Shown one piece after another: positions 10,670 to 22,431 of a stretch of DNA of 64,000 nucleotides. The stretch spans positions 434,001 to 498,000 of the forward strand of contig OZ237751.1 of NCBI GenBank assembly GCA_965178125.1, given 5' to 3'. This DNA is from Bilabrum cf. latius. Its lineage: Eukaryota. The notes beneath the pieces are model-generated. The model searched no databases. It saw only the letters and a list, made by a program, of their open reading frames with translations, and was not told the origin of the DNA. The position numbers and the translations under genes were made by a program. Numbering within the stretch: the stretch's first letter is position 1; each line of letters opens with the position of its first letter.

Positions 10670-12097
10670 ATGGAACACGAAGACGGCGATGGGAAACTGT
10701 TTGACAAAAATCTTTGGCGTGCTGCACATACTGGGGACTTGGGGCGCGTGGTTGAGCTGCTGAAGAGGCCAAGGGCTTCGGATGCTGTCAACCGCCAGGA
10801 CGAGTATGGCACCAGCCCTTTGCATTTCGCCGCGATCGGTGGCTCTTCCGATATTTGTGATTTGCTGCTAAAGCACGGAGCCTACGTGAATTGCCACGGC
10901 AATGGCGCGACGCCGCTACATTACGCAGCGACGCGAGGACATGCGAACTGCGCACGAATTCTGATCAATGCTGGCGCGATGGTAGATGCGGTCGACTTTG
11001 CGACGGGGGACGGGCGGACTCCGCTGCATAAAGCCGCTCACAACGGCTCGTTGGAGCTCGTTGAGCTCTTGGTACAGCATTCCACAGCGATCGATGCAAG
11101 AGATGCATCGAGCAGAACGCCAGCCGAAGTCGCTTCATTACGAGGCCATGTAGCGGCGGTCCGTGCCATCGAAAAGAGAAGACTAGAACTTCAGAGGAAA
11201 GCAGTGGTGCGTAGCAGACTACCAATTCCAGAAAGTGTCACAAAACGTGACGCCCAATCGCCTGGGCTCGTACCTGCTTCAGCTCCGCCAGAAGCACTGG
11301 CCGCAGCCAAAACTTGGATCCAGACAAAGAGAGCAACAGAAAGCAGCGCCAGGGCGCTGTGTACGGAGAGCGTCGCTGCAGAATCTTCGGTCATGGCAGG
11401 GGCGGGCCCACCCCGCGGAGATGCTGGAGGTCGTGGATCAAGTGGTGCTTCTTCCCCCGTGGCGGACCACGGGCACGGGACAGGCGGCAGCTCTCCGGCG
11501 ACCCGTCAAGGTCTAAGAGAAGGCAGCATATCTGTGCTGGGCAGATGGAGTGCCCGAGCAAGTGCTCGCGAGTCGGTCGCAAGCGGTGGGACAGGGGAGG
11601 TAGTGCAACCTGCACCAGGCTGTAGTGGTGCTGCACAAGGCTCTGCCACTGCCAGTCGTGCCGGCAATGGCACGAGCACAGGCAGCACGCGAAACACACC
11701 GGCAGGCAAGGAGCCCACTGCGACCAGCTCTGGCCCTGGGCGATCAGAGCACGGAGCAGATGCTAGTGCTGCTCATGCTCACTCTGGCAGTTCCAGTTCC
11801 AAGGCCCCGCGCTGCCCAGCGTGCGGCAAGCCAGCCATGGTGCTCCAGCCGCTTCCTCGATCCTTGGTGGATGCCATGAAATCAATCCCCGCTGCTGTGG
11901 GCGAGTCAGCGGACCATCATGCCGGGTCTGCTGACCGTGCCGCGACAGAGGCAAGGGCAGGAGGGTCTGGAGCAGCAGAGCAACGGCCCGCGGCACTGCT
12001 GGCTGACGGGATCGGGATCAGGCCCGGCACGCTCGTGTGCGGATCCTGCGTCGCCCAGGCTCGGCGTGAAGCTAGGCGGGCCCTCGGCATATCGTGA
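10670..12097 (+). CDS. Ankyrin-repeat protein, 475 aa, with a low-complexity C-terminal half and a possible split CxxC...CxxC zinc site
   Basis: Ankyrin repeats GTSPLHFAA, GATPLHYAA, GRTPLHKAA and SRTPAEVA; CPAC...CGSC near the C-terminus. Ends TGA. Confidence 0.88.
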   Translation: MEHEDGDGKLFDKNLWRAAHTGDLGRVVELLKRPRASDAVNRQDEYGTSPLHFAAIGGSSDICDLLLKHGAYVNCHGNGATPLHYAATRGHANCARILINAGAMVDAVDFATGDGRTPLHKAAHNGSLELVELLVQHSTAIDARDASSRTPAEVASLRGHVAAVRAIEKRRLELQRKAVVRSRLPIPESVTKRDAQSPGLVPASAPPEALAAAKTWIQTKRATESSARALCTESVAAESSVMAGAGPPRGDAGGRGSSGASSPVADHGHGTGGSSPATRQGLREGSISVLGRWSARASARESVASGGTGEVVQPAPGCSGAAQGSATASRAGNGTSTGSTRNTPAGKEPTATSSGPGRSEHGADASAAHAHSGSSSSKAPRCPACGKPAMVLQPLPRSLVDAMKSIPAAVGESADHHAGSADRAATEARAGGSGAAEQRPAALLADGIGIRPGTLVCGSCVAQARREARRALGIS

Positions 12098-12607
12098 TTG
12101 CTGGGCCTGGCGCACCCCGCGACGGTCATCACACGTGCGGCCATCGCCATTTGGACACCTCCCTCCCAGTTGGAAGACTCTCCCCTGGGCCGCTTGGATT
12201 GGATGCTGCATGCAACGGGGGGAATCTTTGCGACTCGGTGGGTAGTAACGCATAGAGACAGAATTGGGCGCGGGGCTGCTGCCAGAGGTATCACTGCGTG
12301 CGTCGCGGCGCATCGCCATTAACCATTAGTCCATTCGTATGCCGCGGCGCCGCTTGAAGGGCGAGTGTTCGTGGATCTTGGCGACTGGCGGGAAAGCCGG
12401 GGAGTTAGCTGTCTTCGGTCCTCAACGGATTCTTGATGATATAGGTACGCATTCACGAGTGGTGATTGTTTTCGAGGGGTGTGTCTCGTCCCTCGTCGAC
12501 TGAGATGGATGAACGGAACCTACTTGAAATTTCGTCACCCAATTTTGACAGGAGCCGCTGCGCGATCGATCTGCTTCTCGTTGTCTTATCGTGGTACAAT
12601 TGCGACC

Positions 12608-14764
12608 ATGGGCGCCATATTAGCGGTGATGGGCGATCCAATATCGATATACCGCGTCAGCGGGTCCAAGGAATGGGGATCGCGCGGTTCAAAGGTACTG
12701 ACTTGCACCTTGGTCTTTGTCGGATTGCTTGGGTGTGTGCTGTCCCAGTTTGCGCTCAAACCGAGATAGGGAACTCGTTCATGCGCTTCAACAGCGCCTT
12801 GGGGAGACGATGAAGTCTAGAGCCTGTCTATAGGGTGTTATGAACTCTCAGATGCGGTGCCTACGCTCAACGAGGATGACGGCGGCGTTTCTCTTGAGGC
12901 ATTTGCGCAGGCCACAAGTGGCCTCAGTGCTTTGAGTCGGAATGGAACAACTACATTTAAAGAGCAGATTGAGTCAGAATTCCTGACTTCGGACACGACT
13001 AGGTACGTAGAGGTCATTGACCAGCAGGCTGGCAACCTCGCGAATACGGCTATCACACTGAGTTGCTTTGCTATCATTGTCGGTGGGGCTTGGTTGTTTA
13101 CCTCAAACCGGCTAGTCAGCCACACCACTTCAACTAGGGAAGATTTTGACGCCTTTGACGGCGAGTATTTGATCATTTTTGAGGTCATTCCTCGTTGGTG
13201 GTTTCGGTTCATGCTTCACGCGCTGTTCATCCCCGTAACTCGCTTAGTGCCATCCGTACTTGAAGTAGATTATAACGACGACAGGGGAGGGGGCGACCCA
13301 GAGGAGGACGTTGTGGTTGGCGTTCGGCTCGATGGATTTCCTGGCGGCAATGCCGGCGACTATTGGGCTAAAGGATGGTACGGCGTCGCTGCGGTTTGCG
13401 GGCTCCTTTTTCTTGCGGGCGTGTGCTGTTGCATGCAAGCTGATGATGAGTCAATGGCGGTGGTAGGATTGGTCGGCCTGGGCGTCCTTGGCACGTTCGG
13501 CACAATGCTCGCTCTCACAGGCACGATGCTCATGGCCGACGGCCCGCAGACGGCGCTAGACTGCGCCATGGTGCCTTCTTTCCAGGCGTTCGATGGCCTG
13601 GGATCGCCGGGTGGTGGTTCCATTCGATTTATGATGGTAGCCATCGACGTGCTGCAGGTGCTGCTGTGCCTTGGCTTCGCCCTCAGCGTGCTCCTCGAGC
13701 TCATGGCACTGGCGGGCGTCCGGCCCGCCTGCCTAAAGCAGGAAGGGGACGACACCCTGCCTTTTTGCTGCGAAGGATAGCCGCCAATAGACGAAGACCC
13801 TCACGATGTGAGTGAGCCTGGATCCGAATCTGATTCGGAGCATTCCGGCGGCGGGAGAGGGAGAGGCAGAGGCAGAGGCAGAGGCAGGGGAATGCGGAGG
13901 CAGGGCTCGGGAGGAGCTAGCGGCAGCTCTGGAGGCATGATGTCACCGCCCTCGGGGGCTCCTCCCCGCGGCCCAGATGGGGATGGGGATGGGGATGGGG
14001 ATGGGGATGGGGATGGGGATGGGGATGGGAGAGCATCAATGGGATTGTTCGGGGGTGAGGACGAGAGCGATGACGAGGAGGGACACGGGGAACCTTCGCT
14101 GTTCCCCCCCACCCGTGGAACCTCGGGGTAGGACCAGGGTGGCCGCGGGTGGTCTTCTGACAGAGCAGGAAGAGCAGGAAGAGCAGCTGCAGCTGGGGCT
14201 GGGGCTGGGGCTGGATCAGGCACAGGCGGGACGATGGTAGCCCCTCCTGCGCCTGTCCCGAGAGCACCGCCACCCCCCTACACGGCCGCCATGCCGATGC
14301 CCCCCAGGCCACCAGCAGCCCCTGTGAGCCCCATGGCCCCCAGGCCACCAGCAGCCCCTATGAGCCCCCACCCGGGGACAGGGGCAGATTTTCAAGGTAT
14401 TGAGCTCACCGATCTTGGAGGGGCAGGGGGCGAAGCAGCGCACAACACCCCCTACCAGCACGTCAACCCGTACGCGCAGCAGCAGCAGCAGTAGCAGCCC
14501 GGTGCTTATGGTCATGGGCATGGTGCCGGTGGTGCTGCTGTTGAGTGGGGATTGGGCCATGGTGCAGGCACCGGTGGAGCCGTGGCGTACGACCCGTACA
14601 CCATGTGGGGTGCCGGGCATGGGCAGGTGCATGGGCATGGGCATGGGCAGGGGCATGGGCATGGGGATGGGGACGGTGGCCTGGATGTGGTGAACCCCTA
14701 CCTGGCTGCAACTGGCGAGAGCGGCGGCACGCAGCCGAGATCCAACGCCGGGGGCTATGTGTGA
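12608..14764 (+). CDS. Hypothetical multi-pass membrane protein with a long low-complexity (RG, DG, P, Q, GH) C-terminal tail, about 718 aa
   Basis: ORFs 12479, 12857, 13808, 14234 and 14552 are one frame joined by 5 TAGs. Several hydrophobic segments (e.g. YGVAAVCGLLFLAGVCCC, VVGLVGLGVLGTFGTMLAL, VLQVLLCLGFALSVLLELM). Ends TGA; the start is uncertain. Confidence 0.7.
13976..14029 (+). repeat. (GATGGG)n hexamer microsatellite encoding (DG)n
   Basis: About 9 consecutive copies, directly visible. Confidence 0.9.
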
Positions 14765-14937
14765 CATAAGCCAGGTGCACTCGTAAGACCTGGCACCTAT
14801 TTTTAAGATTATTCTTAGGATTGGAACAGGTCGTGGTTGCGACCGCTTTCAGGCGCTGGCTGACCATTCTTGCGACCACTAGGATATCGATACTTACTTT
14901 ACTGATTCATCTTGGATTAGCAAACAGATATGACACA

Positions 14938-17900
14938 ATGAGTTCCAATCATGACAAAGAGGCAGCAGAGGGTGCGATCGGCGCATTTAACTCCACACGT
15001 AGCACCAAATCAAGGCGTGGCCGTATCGTGCTGTTCGGTGACCGACCACCGCAAGCTCCCCCGAGCGAATCCAGCATTTCTAGCCATGGGAGCTTGGACG
15101 AATTGGATGCCTTTCGCGCAGCTGCAGGTAGCATGGCATCACAGCCCGGGGGCGTTTCGTCGGCGGATGATGCTGCGAGCGGCCAACGCACAACTGCACA
15201 TGTGCAGCAAGCTGCCGCTGCACTCGTTGCTCCGAGCCCAAAACCTGCCAGCCTTGCTTCATTTGCTGGGATCACGTCAAGGGTGGCAATGGCTGCTGCT
15301 AGGGCAAAGGCACAGGTACGCAAGCGACGTCGCCGGGCCTCCCTTGGAGCTGACGTCTCGGACGAGAGCGATAGTGATAACAAGCACAGAGATGAGGAGG
15401 CTGAAGACGACGACGCGGAAGAAGAAAGTGAAGACGAGGAAGAGTACCTGACTTCGTCGTACGATGCTCCAGCCTGCGATGGGAAAGGCAGCAAACTCAC
15501 AAGAACGGGCACGGAAACGCCACAGCCTCCAGCGACAGCGCGCGGAGGCGACGGGACAGAGAGAGAAACTGCAGGCGCCGATAAAAGATAGACTGCGGCT
15601 GGAACGTCTACCATGCGTAGAGGGTCTGCGACAGACACGCGCCGCCTGCTGCCGCCCCCGCCCTCGCGCCCGCTGGCACCTGACGGCACCAGCGCTGCGA
15701 GCCGAGGCAAGGGCCATCAGGCGTCGGGCAACCGACGGGACTCCAACGCAGACAGCCAAGCTTCGGGCCACGGTAAGCTAGGCAGTGGTTCCAAGAAGCG
15801 GCGGAGCTCTGGAAGGCGCTCCAGCCTCGTGTACGGCAGGAGGCGCAGGCGGTCTAGCGCGGCCTCTCGGCATCATCGCCCGACGGTGAGCACGACCCTC
15901 GCGACGATGAGCGAGATGAAGATCAAGTTCGCGCTGATGGGGGGCACGGGTGCCAAGCGCTTCCGGAGGCACAGCAGTGGCAGCGGGGGGTCATCCTCGG
16001 ACGAGGAGGCTCACGCTGAGGCGATGTCCTCTGGTGATGAGGAGGACAGCGAGGCCGAGCTGGAGTCTGATGAGGAAAGCAGCGACGACAGCGACATCGA
16101 GGAGGCCGCGAACGCCATCCGGGCCGTCGCTCGGGAGGACGAAGGGGAGCAAGGGGGCGAGGATGGAGATAGGGGCATGACCATGACCAGCGGGTCGTCG
16201 ATGTCGAGCATGCACAGCACGGCCAGCGGAGGAGCGAGCGACGGGCTCATGGCGTCCCTGCTTGGGGCGTCCCAGGGCAGCCTCAAGGGAGCTGGGGCGG
16301 CGGATGGGGGCGATGGTGATGAAGAAGAGGAGGAAGTCGGTGAGCTGGACCTGGAGACGCTAAGGAACACGATGAGGAACGCAGGACACAGCACGGAGCA
16401 AGGATCTGGTGGGGCGGCACCGTCAGGGGCCCATGGGTAGGTGCACGACCAGGGAACAAGGGGTGGTGCGGGCGCTGGCAGGGCGGTCAATGGGCGCGCT
16501 TCGCCCAATGGTTTGGCGTCTGTGGCAGCAGCCACGCAGGACACAATTGACGGAGCTGGCTTGGCAGCGGATGGCAACGAGGAGGTGGATGAGACTGCGT
16601 CCGTGATGCTAACTGCCAGGGGTCCGCCGTACGATGGAGAGGGCAACGAGGGGGGCGAAGACCAGTTCAAGCTGCTCCAGCAGCAACTGGCAGCACGGGA
16701 GGCGAGCGAGGCAGAGAAGGCGAACCAGTTCGTCATCGGTGGCCAGCTGGTGGTGGACAGCAGCAGTCACCAGGCCTCCCACAACGACGACGGCCTCAAC
16801 TCAGTGTCTCAGATAGAGAACAGCCTGTCCATCGCTCCATCAAACCGTAGCTTGGTGTCAGGGGAGGATGGGGAGAGCGCGCACGGGGAGGTGCCGCGAC
16901 CATATCCACCCGGACAAGGGAGGGGACAAGGGAAGTACAAGGTTCGGTCGCTGAGCGACGAGGACTCGCCTACCATCCCCGAGGACACGCTCAACATGGC
17001 GAGAGAGATCAATGCGGGCGGTACCATCCTTAGGGCATTAAGAAAGAGACGGAGGGAGTCCATGGCGAACGCGCAAGAACAGGTAACTGCTGCTGGTGCG
17101 CGAGGCGCAGAGCTCGCAAGCGGTAGTGCTGGTGCTTTGGACACCACGGCTGGGTCTGGGGTTGGGAGTAGCTCGCCAGAAACAAAGCAATCCGATGGAA
17201 CAGGCGGCAAGGCTTCGCAGAAGGGGTCGCTCGACTCAACCTCTACCGAAGTGAAGAACAAGCCCATCGTGGCGGCTGGCCAGGACAGCCACCAAGCCAG
17301 CGCCTCAGCAGCTGTCAACAGTAGCAATACTGCTGCCTTGTCAGCGGGGTAGAAGCTGATGCAGGCTGCAACTGGTGGCAAGCAGAGCAAAGACAGCCGC
17401 AAGTCGCGCTTCTCGTTCAAGGATGTGGTGACCGCGGCCCGATTGATGAAGAAGGAGAGGAAGAGGAAGAAGAAAGAGAAGGAGAAGCGGCGGAGAAAGC
17501 GCCGCAAGAAGAAGAAGAGCCCGCAAGAGATGTACCCATACGGCTGCAACGGCTCGCAGTGCCACCACGACATGGCAGTGAGGCTGCAGGTTGCTAGAGA
17601 CAGTCCATGGTTTCAGTGGACCATCGTGATTTTCATCCTGCTCGCAGGTATACAGAGCGGCATGCAGCTGTACTCGCTGCCCAGCGGCCTTGTCGATACT
17701 CTGAATATCGTCGATTTTGTAGTCACGGCTGTCTTCACCGTCGAGCTTGTGCTCAAGGTGCTGGCTGAAGGGAACGAGCCCTGGATGTTCTTCCTGCACG
17801 AGGACGGGTGGAACGTGCTGGACACCGTGATCGTGCTTGCCTCCTACGTGCCTTACATCTTGCTGGCCACCGGGCAGGATGTAGCTGGCGACGGGGACAG

Positions 17901-20900
17901 TACGGGGGCTTTGGCCACCCTGGTTGTGCTGCGTATGGTTCGGCTCGTGCGACTCGTTCGAGTCGTCCGCGTCTCTCTCAAGCTGCGGACGCTGGTGTCT
18001 GGGCTGGCGCAGTCGGTGTGAGTGATGCCCCGATGCCATCGTTCCTAGGTTTAATTCCATTGTCGGTTGCATGCGCGTGCTGTTCGTCACGACCTGCCTT
18101 ATTTAATCCCGCCTGTCCTCCGTTTCTCTTCCCTGCGCAGATCGTCGATCGGGTATCTGAGCCTGCTCATGCTGCTGCTTTTCTTCGTGTACGGCGTGCT
18201 AGGGGTGAGCCTGTTCCGACGAAATGACCCGTTCCACTTCGGAGACCTTATCACGGCCCAGATGACGCTGTTCCGCATGGCGACGGGAGAGGACTTCAGC
18301 AACATCATTTACATCGCTGCGCTCGGCTGCGACTCATACAAAGAGTACGATTTCCTGCCCGTCGAGTGCGACTCGCCTGACCCTTAGCCGACAGTGGCGA
18401 TGCTGTTCTTCGTGACCTTCTAGGTGGCAGCCAACATAGTCGGTCTCGGCCTGGTGATCGGTGTGCTGGTCAGCTCCGTGGCGGAGGCGCAGGAGCTCCT
18501 GGAGCAGGAGATTCGAGAGGAAGAAGCGGAGAATCAGCAGAAGCTCCGTAAGCTGCTAGGACTCGCCGATGATGCCAACCAGGGGCAAATCAAGCAGAAG
18601 CTGGACGAGAAAATGACCGGCAAGCTGGAGTCCATCTCTTCTGGTCTCAACGACGCTCTGATCCTGCTCGACAGCATGTACGACGCGCACCAGGAGATCG
18701 AGACCAGCACGATGATTCTCAGCGCGATCAGCGGCCAGGGCGCGGATGCCCTGCAGCACGCCACGGAGGACGCCGAAATGCAAGCCAGCCAAAAGACTCA
18801 GGCGATCATGCACACAATCAGCAAAGCCGTGACGGCGCAGGGGGCGAGGGAGCAGGCTGGTCACCAGAGCGACGGGGCGGCAGACAGCTACAGCTACCTG
18901 CCCACATCTGCGGATGCACCTCGTCCCACGGTGGGGGCAGGCATCGCAGGAGCAGCAGCGGCGGCTGTACGCCTGCGTGCCATTCGCAGCGGCTTGGGCA
19001 GCCAGAAGCTGGGTGCAGGGGCTGCCGGTAGCAGTGCAATCGCCCGCACAGCTGCCCTGCATGAGCACGAGGAGGCCAGCCAGCTCAAGAGGAACTCCAG
19101 CGGGCTGTGGGGTGCCGTGCGCGGTGTGTGGGGTGCAGTGAGCAACGGTTTCAACTCGCAGAACCGGGTTGTGCCTGGCGTGGCCGGCGGGTCGCCTGGA
19201 GCCATCGAAGGCGGTGTTACAGCCGGTGCCGGTGCCAGCAGTGGCGCAGAGTCACCCCAGCCAGCAGGTGCAGATGCAGCGGCACCCAAGGCGGCTGCTG
19301 CTCAGCTGCTCGGCGTGCTGCAAAGCATGAGGGGAGGGGCCATGTCAGCGAGCGCGAAGAGGTTGCAGACCGACGCGATGCTGGCCATGCGCGCCTCGAG
19401 CGGGTCGAGTCCTGCGAGCGGTGCGAGTGCACCCGGGCAAGGTGGTCCTGGCTTGAGTTTGGCCAACGATGCCGCTTCTGAGGTGTCTTCTACCGCTGGC
19501 GATGCCATGTCTGCGGTGGCAGATGCCCTGATGCGAGAAAAGCTCAAGAGATAGAAGAGGTGCGCATCGCAAGAGGCGGATGGCGGCGGTGCTATGGGTG
19601 GTGCTGGTGGAGCTGGCGCTGGGGTGAAACTCGTCGGCGCGGGCGACTCCCCTCCCGTCGCGGAGTACTCTAGAGGCTCCAGGCGAGGAAGCAATTCGTC
19701 CGGGGGGTCTTCCATGGGATCAGGCACCGTCCGCTCGATCAAGGATGCGAACAGCCTCAACCTGCCCGGGAAGCCCGCCCCTACCGGCAGCGCCGGACTC
19801 ACCATGCAGTCTTTGATGGCCGCTGGAGGAGGCGCCGGGTCACCATAGGGCGGCGGCATGTCTCCAGGCCTGGGCCTTCGCGCCGCGCAGCTGGGGCTGG
19901 AGCGCGTGGCCGAGATGCTTCTGTCCAAGGCCACCAAGAAGAAGAGATCCCACTGGGCGAGGGCAGCGGAGCTGTCTGCGTCGTTCCACAGGACAAGGAG
20001 CGGCACTGCGAGCATGATGGGGGGCGGTGGTGGAGCGCCCCAAACACCCGGCTCCAGGTTCGCGCAGGCTGTGCTAGAGGCCAGGAGCGATCATGGTGCG
20101 GCGGCAGGTAGCCTGGGTTTCCCTGCTGCTGGTTTCCCGGCGACGCAAGGCCCTGCTAGCGGGCGACCGAGCCTTGTTCTCCGGAAGGTCCCCACAAGCC
20201 CGCCTGCCCGACATGGCAGGAATTCGAACAATGGGTCTCTGGCTGGACGGATGCCCCCGGGAGGGTCCCCTGGGCGGGCCGGAGGGATGGGGTCAATGGT
20301 GGGGGGCTCAGGTGGAGAGGGGGCGACCCAGGGCCAGTCACCGCTGCGTTCGGTGCAATCGAATGCGGACGTGGCTGCGCTCCAGCGGGCCGCGAACGCC
20401 GTGTCTGGGGCATTCGGCGGCAGGGAGCGGCGGGGGAGCGGTGCCTAGGGAACACCGAGCGCCCGGTCGGGGTACCCCCGCGGCTCCGCCAGCGGAGATG
20501 CAGCATAGGCACGGGGCGGGCAATTGCATCAGCACCAGCACTAGCACTAGCACGACGACAACACCATCTCTGGTACGACGGCACTCCCGGCCGCTCGGGC
20601 TGCAGCGGCCGGTGCGCAGTTCGCGGTGTCTTCCGATGAGTCGGGCACGCGCCCGCGGTCCATGTCAACGACGGGGATGGCGTGGTCTAGCTCGAGGAAG
20701 AGGCTAGTGCCAGCGGGGCCCAGCAACGAGCTGCCCGATGGCAGTGGGTCTGGAGAACACGGCGATGGTGGTGGTGGTGTTGGGAAGGGGGGGGGCGTGG
20801 GGGTGCCCGACCTGTCAAGCATCGTGGGTCGCGCCCGTGCCGCCTCTGCCTCCCCCATTGTTCCCCCAGCCATGCGGGCGAGATCCGACGGAGGAGACCA

Positions 20901-21609
20901 CCGGTCGTACGGGAGCGGCTCCAATTCCGGTTACGCGGGTGCCGCGTCGCCGGTGCCGCAGGGGGGCCACGACGGGACGTCGGTCATCAGCCACGCGCAG
21001 TCGACTCCGTCGGGGTCCGGGCATCGCACGCTCCGGAATGCAGCTCTCGAGAGAGCCCTGCAGAAAGCAAGGCAGGCGAGGCAGAACATCAGCGCGGTGC
21101 AGCATCTGGGCCACGGCTTCGGCTCCAAGAAATCGTTCCGATGGGACCGGGACAGTGACAAGGCCAGCGTGGCGCACGCGGCCCGCATCCTCCTCGAGGG
21201 CAGGCGGTCGGGCACGCCATCCTCGGTGCAGTCAGGGGTGACGGCGGGTTTGAGGGGCGGGGGGGCGCTGCAGAATGCGGTTGCGGCTTTCTCGTCCTCC
21301 TCGAGGGGCGGCGGGTAGGGTGCAGTGCACGGTGCTGCGAGACCGACAGCTGTGGCAGCCACCTCGCCGCTGGCCAGGGGGCTGGCAGTGGCTGTGCCTC
21401 GGGAGGGTCCCGGCCAGGCGGACGAGTCAGGGGACTCGTCACACGGCCCTTCGGGCTCCTCTGCGGCGGTGCGGAGCACGGGCCATGGGAGCAGCCCGGG
21501 GCGGCCGCGCAGGCGCATCAGCGCGTTTGGCGCTGCGGTGCCGGCGTCTGAGCTTGGCCTCGGAATCGCGAGACCGCGGGGGGATTCTTCGCCGCATGGT
21601 GGAGAGTAA
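14938..21609 (+). CDS. Single-domain (one 6TM unit) voltage-gated cation channel, BacNav/CatSper/EukCat-like, in a mostly disordered protein of about 2180 aa; intron 18018-18140
   Basis: One frame with 12 TAGs. S1 SPWFQWTIVIFILLAG; S2 VFTVELVLKV; S3 GWNVLDTVIV; S4 LRMVRLVRLVRVVRVSLKLR; S5 IGYLSLLMLLLFFVYGVLGVSLF; pore NDPFHFGDL...TLFRMATGEDFS; S6 AMLFFVTF*VAANIVGLGLVIGVLV; then a coiled coil. Ends TAA. Confidence 0.88.
18018..18140 (+). other. Spliceosomal intron (123 nt) in the channel gene
   Basis: GTGAGT...pyrimidine tract...GCGCAG. Removing it eliminates an in-frame TGA and joins the S4-S5 linker (LAQSV|SSIGY). Confidence 0.88.
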
Positions 21610-21760
21610 ACAAAGCACGGTCATTCTTGTAGCAATGTTGAAGTTTTACTGACCGAAGCGGCAGGGTATTCGCGCAATGGGATACCTCGTGACAAATGTA
21701 GTGTGAGTATCTAGTTCAAGCGGCAACCGACCGCTGTTGCTGCCGCAGTGCCACGCATCG

Positions 21761-22277
21761 TCACGGGAGCTGGCTCTGGCGGGCTTCAATCAGGGCAAAA
21801 GCTTCCTTCTTCCCGTTCCTAGACATCGTGTCCTCCTGCTCTACTCGGCGGGCGTAATACAGCAGCGAAGGGATCAACACCAGGGCAACGAATACCCCGA
21901 AGGCGTTGCTAGAATCCAATTTCCATTGAGAAAAGCGGTTCTCTCTGTACGTGTCGAGCTTCTGCGAGCACAAAGAGAATGAGAAGGGCAGACAAGCTGT
22001 TGCCGGGCGTGGGATACATCCATGCGGGCAGAGGCACAGCTGAATGCGAGCAACTCACCTCTACCCAGTAGTTTTTCTTAACATGTGATTCCAACATGCC
22101 CTTCGGCCCAGCCCCGTTGGCACCGAGGTAAGATTCAGGTTCATTGCCCATAACATCAGATTTGCCATTGAAATGGCGAATTCCACGGGGACTTTGGGCA
22201 GCTACCATGGTCTGAGCAGACGACCTACCAAGGACACTTCTTATGCTAATCGCACCAGCGCGCAAACCTCTTCTCAT
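21761..22277 (-). CDS. NDUFB4: Mitochondrial complex I subunit NDUFB4 (B15)-like, about 139 aa; intron 21962-22058
   Basis: The spliced product KKNYWVE|KLDTYRENRFSQWKL...TM helix (FGVFVALVLIPSLLYY) resembles plant-type B15 (KNKFIEDW..AREN...F.W plus a TM helix). The R/S-rich N-terminus looks like a mitochondrial presequence. Ends TGA. Confidence 0.68.
21962..22058 (-). other. Spliceosomal intron (97 nt)
   Basis: GTGAGT...CTCGCAG, phase 0; joins the two coding frames. Confidence 0.85.
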
Positions 22278-22431
22278 TCTGCAGTCTGCACCGTTCGAGT
22301 GCTGGAGCCCTATCCGATGATCTGGTATATGTGTTTGTAACGTGTGCTTGACTTGCCCGCTACGGCGACCAGGCCGCAACAACCCCACTACTGACGACCG
22401 CAGTGTTCTAGTATCAAATTCTCTGATTTTG

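Noticed and set aside
12098-12607. Possible small gene between the ankyrin and membrane-protein genes
   Set aside because: Only short ORFs with no motifs or convincing start were found, so a gene cannot be supported.
18421-18423. TAG = Leu, suggested by FFVTF*V in S6 and TS*FVHVP at 60-62
   Set aside because: These two sites would suit Leu, but the most conserved sites (YjjX, FAD oxidoreductase, GH29) and the CAG/TAG interchange in Q repeats point to Gln.
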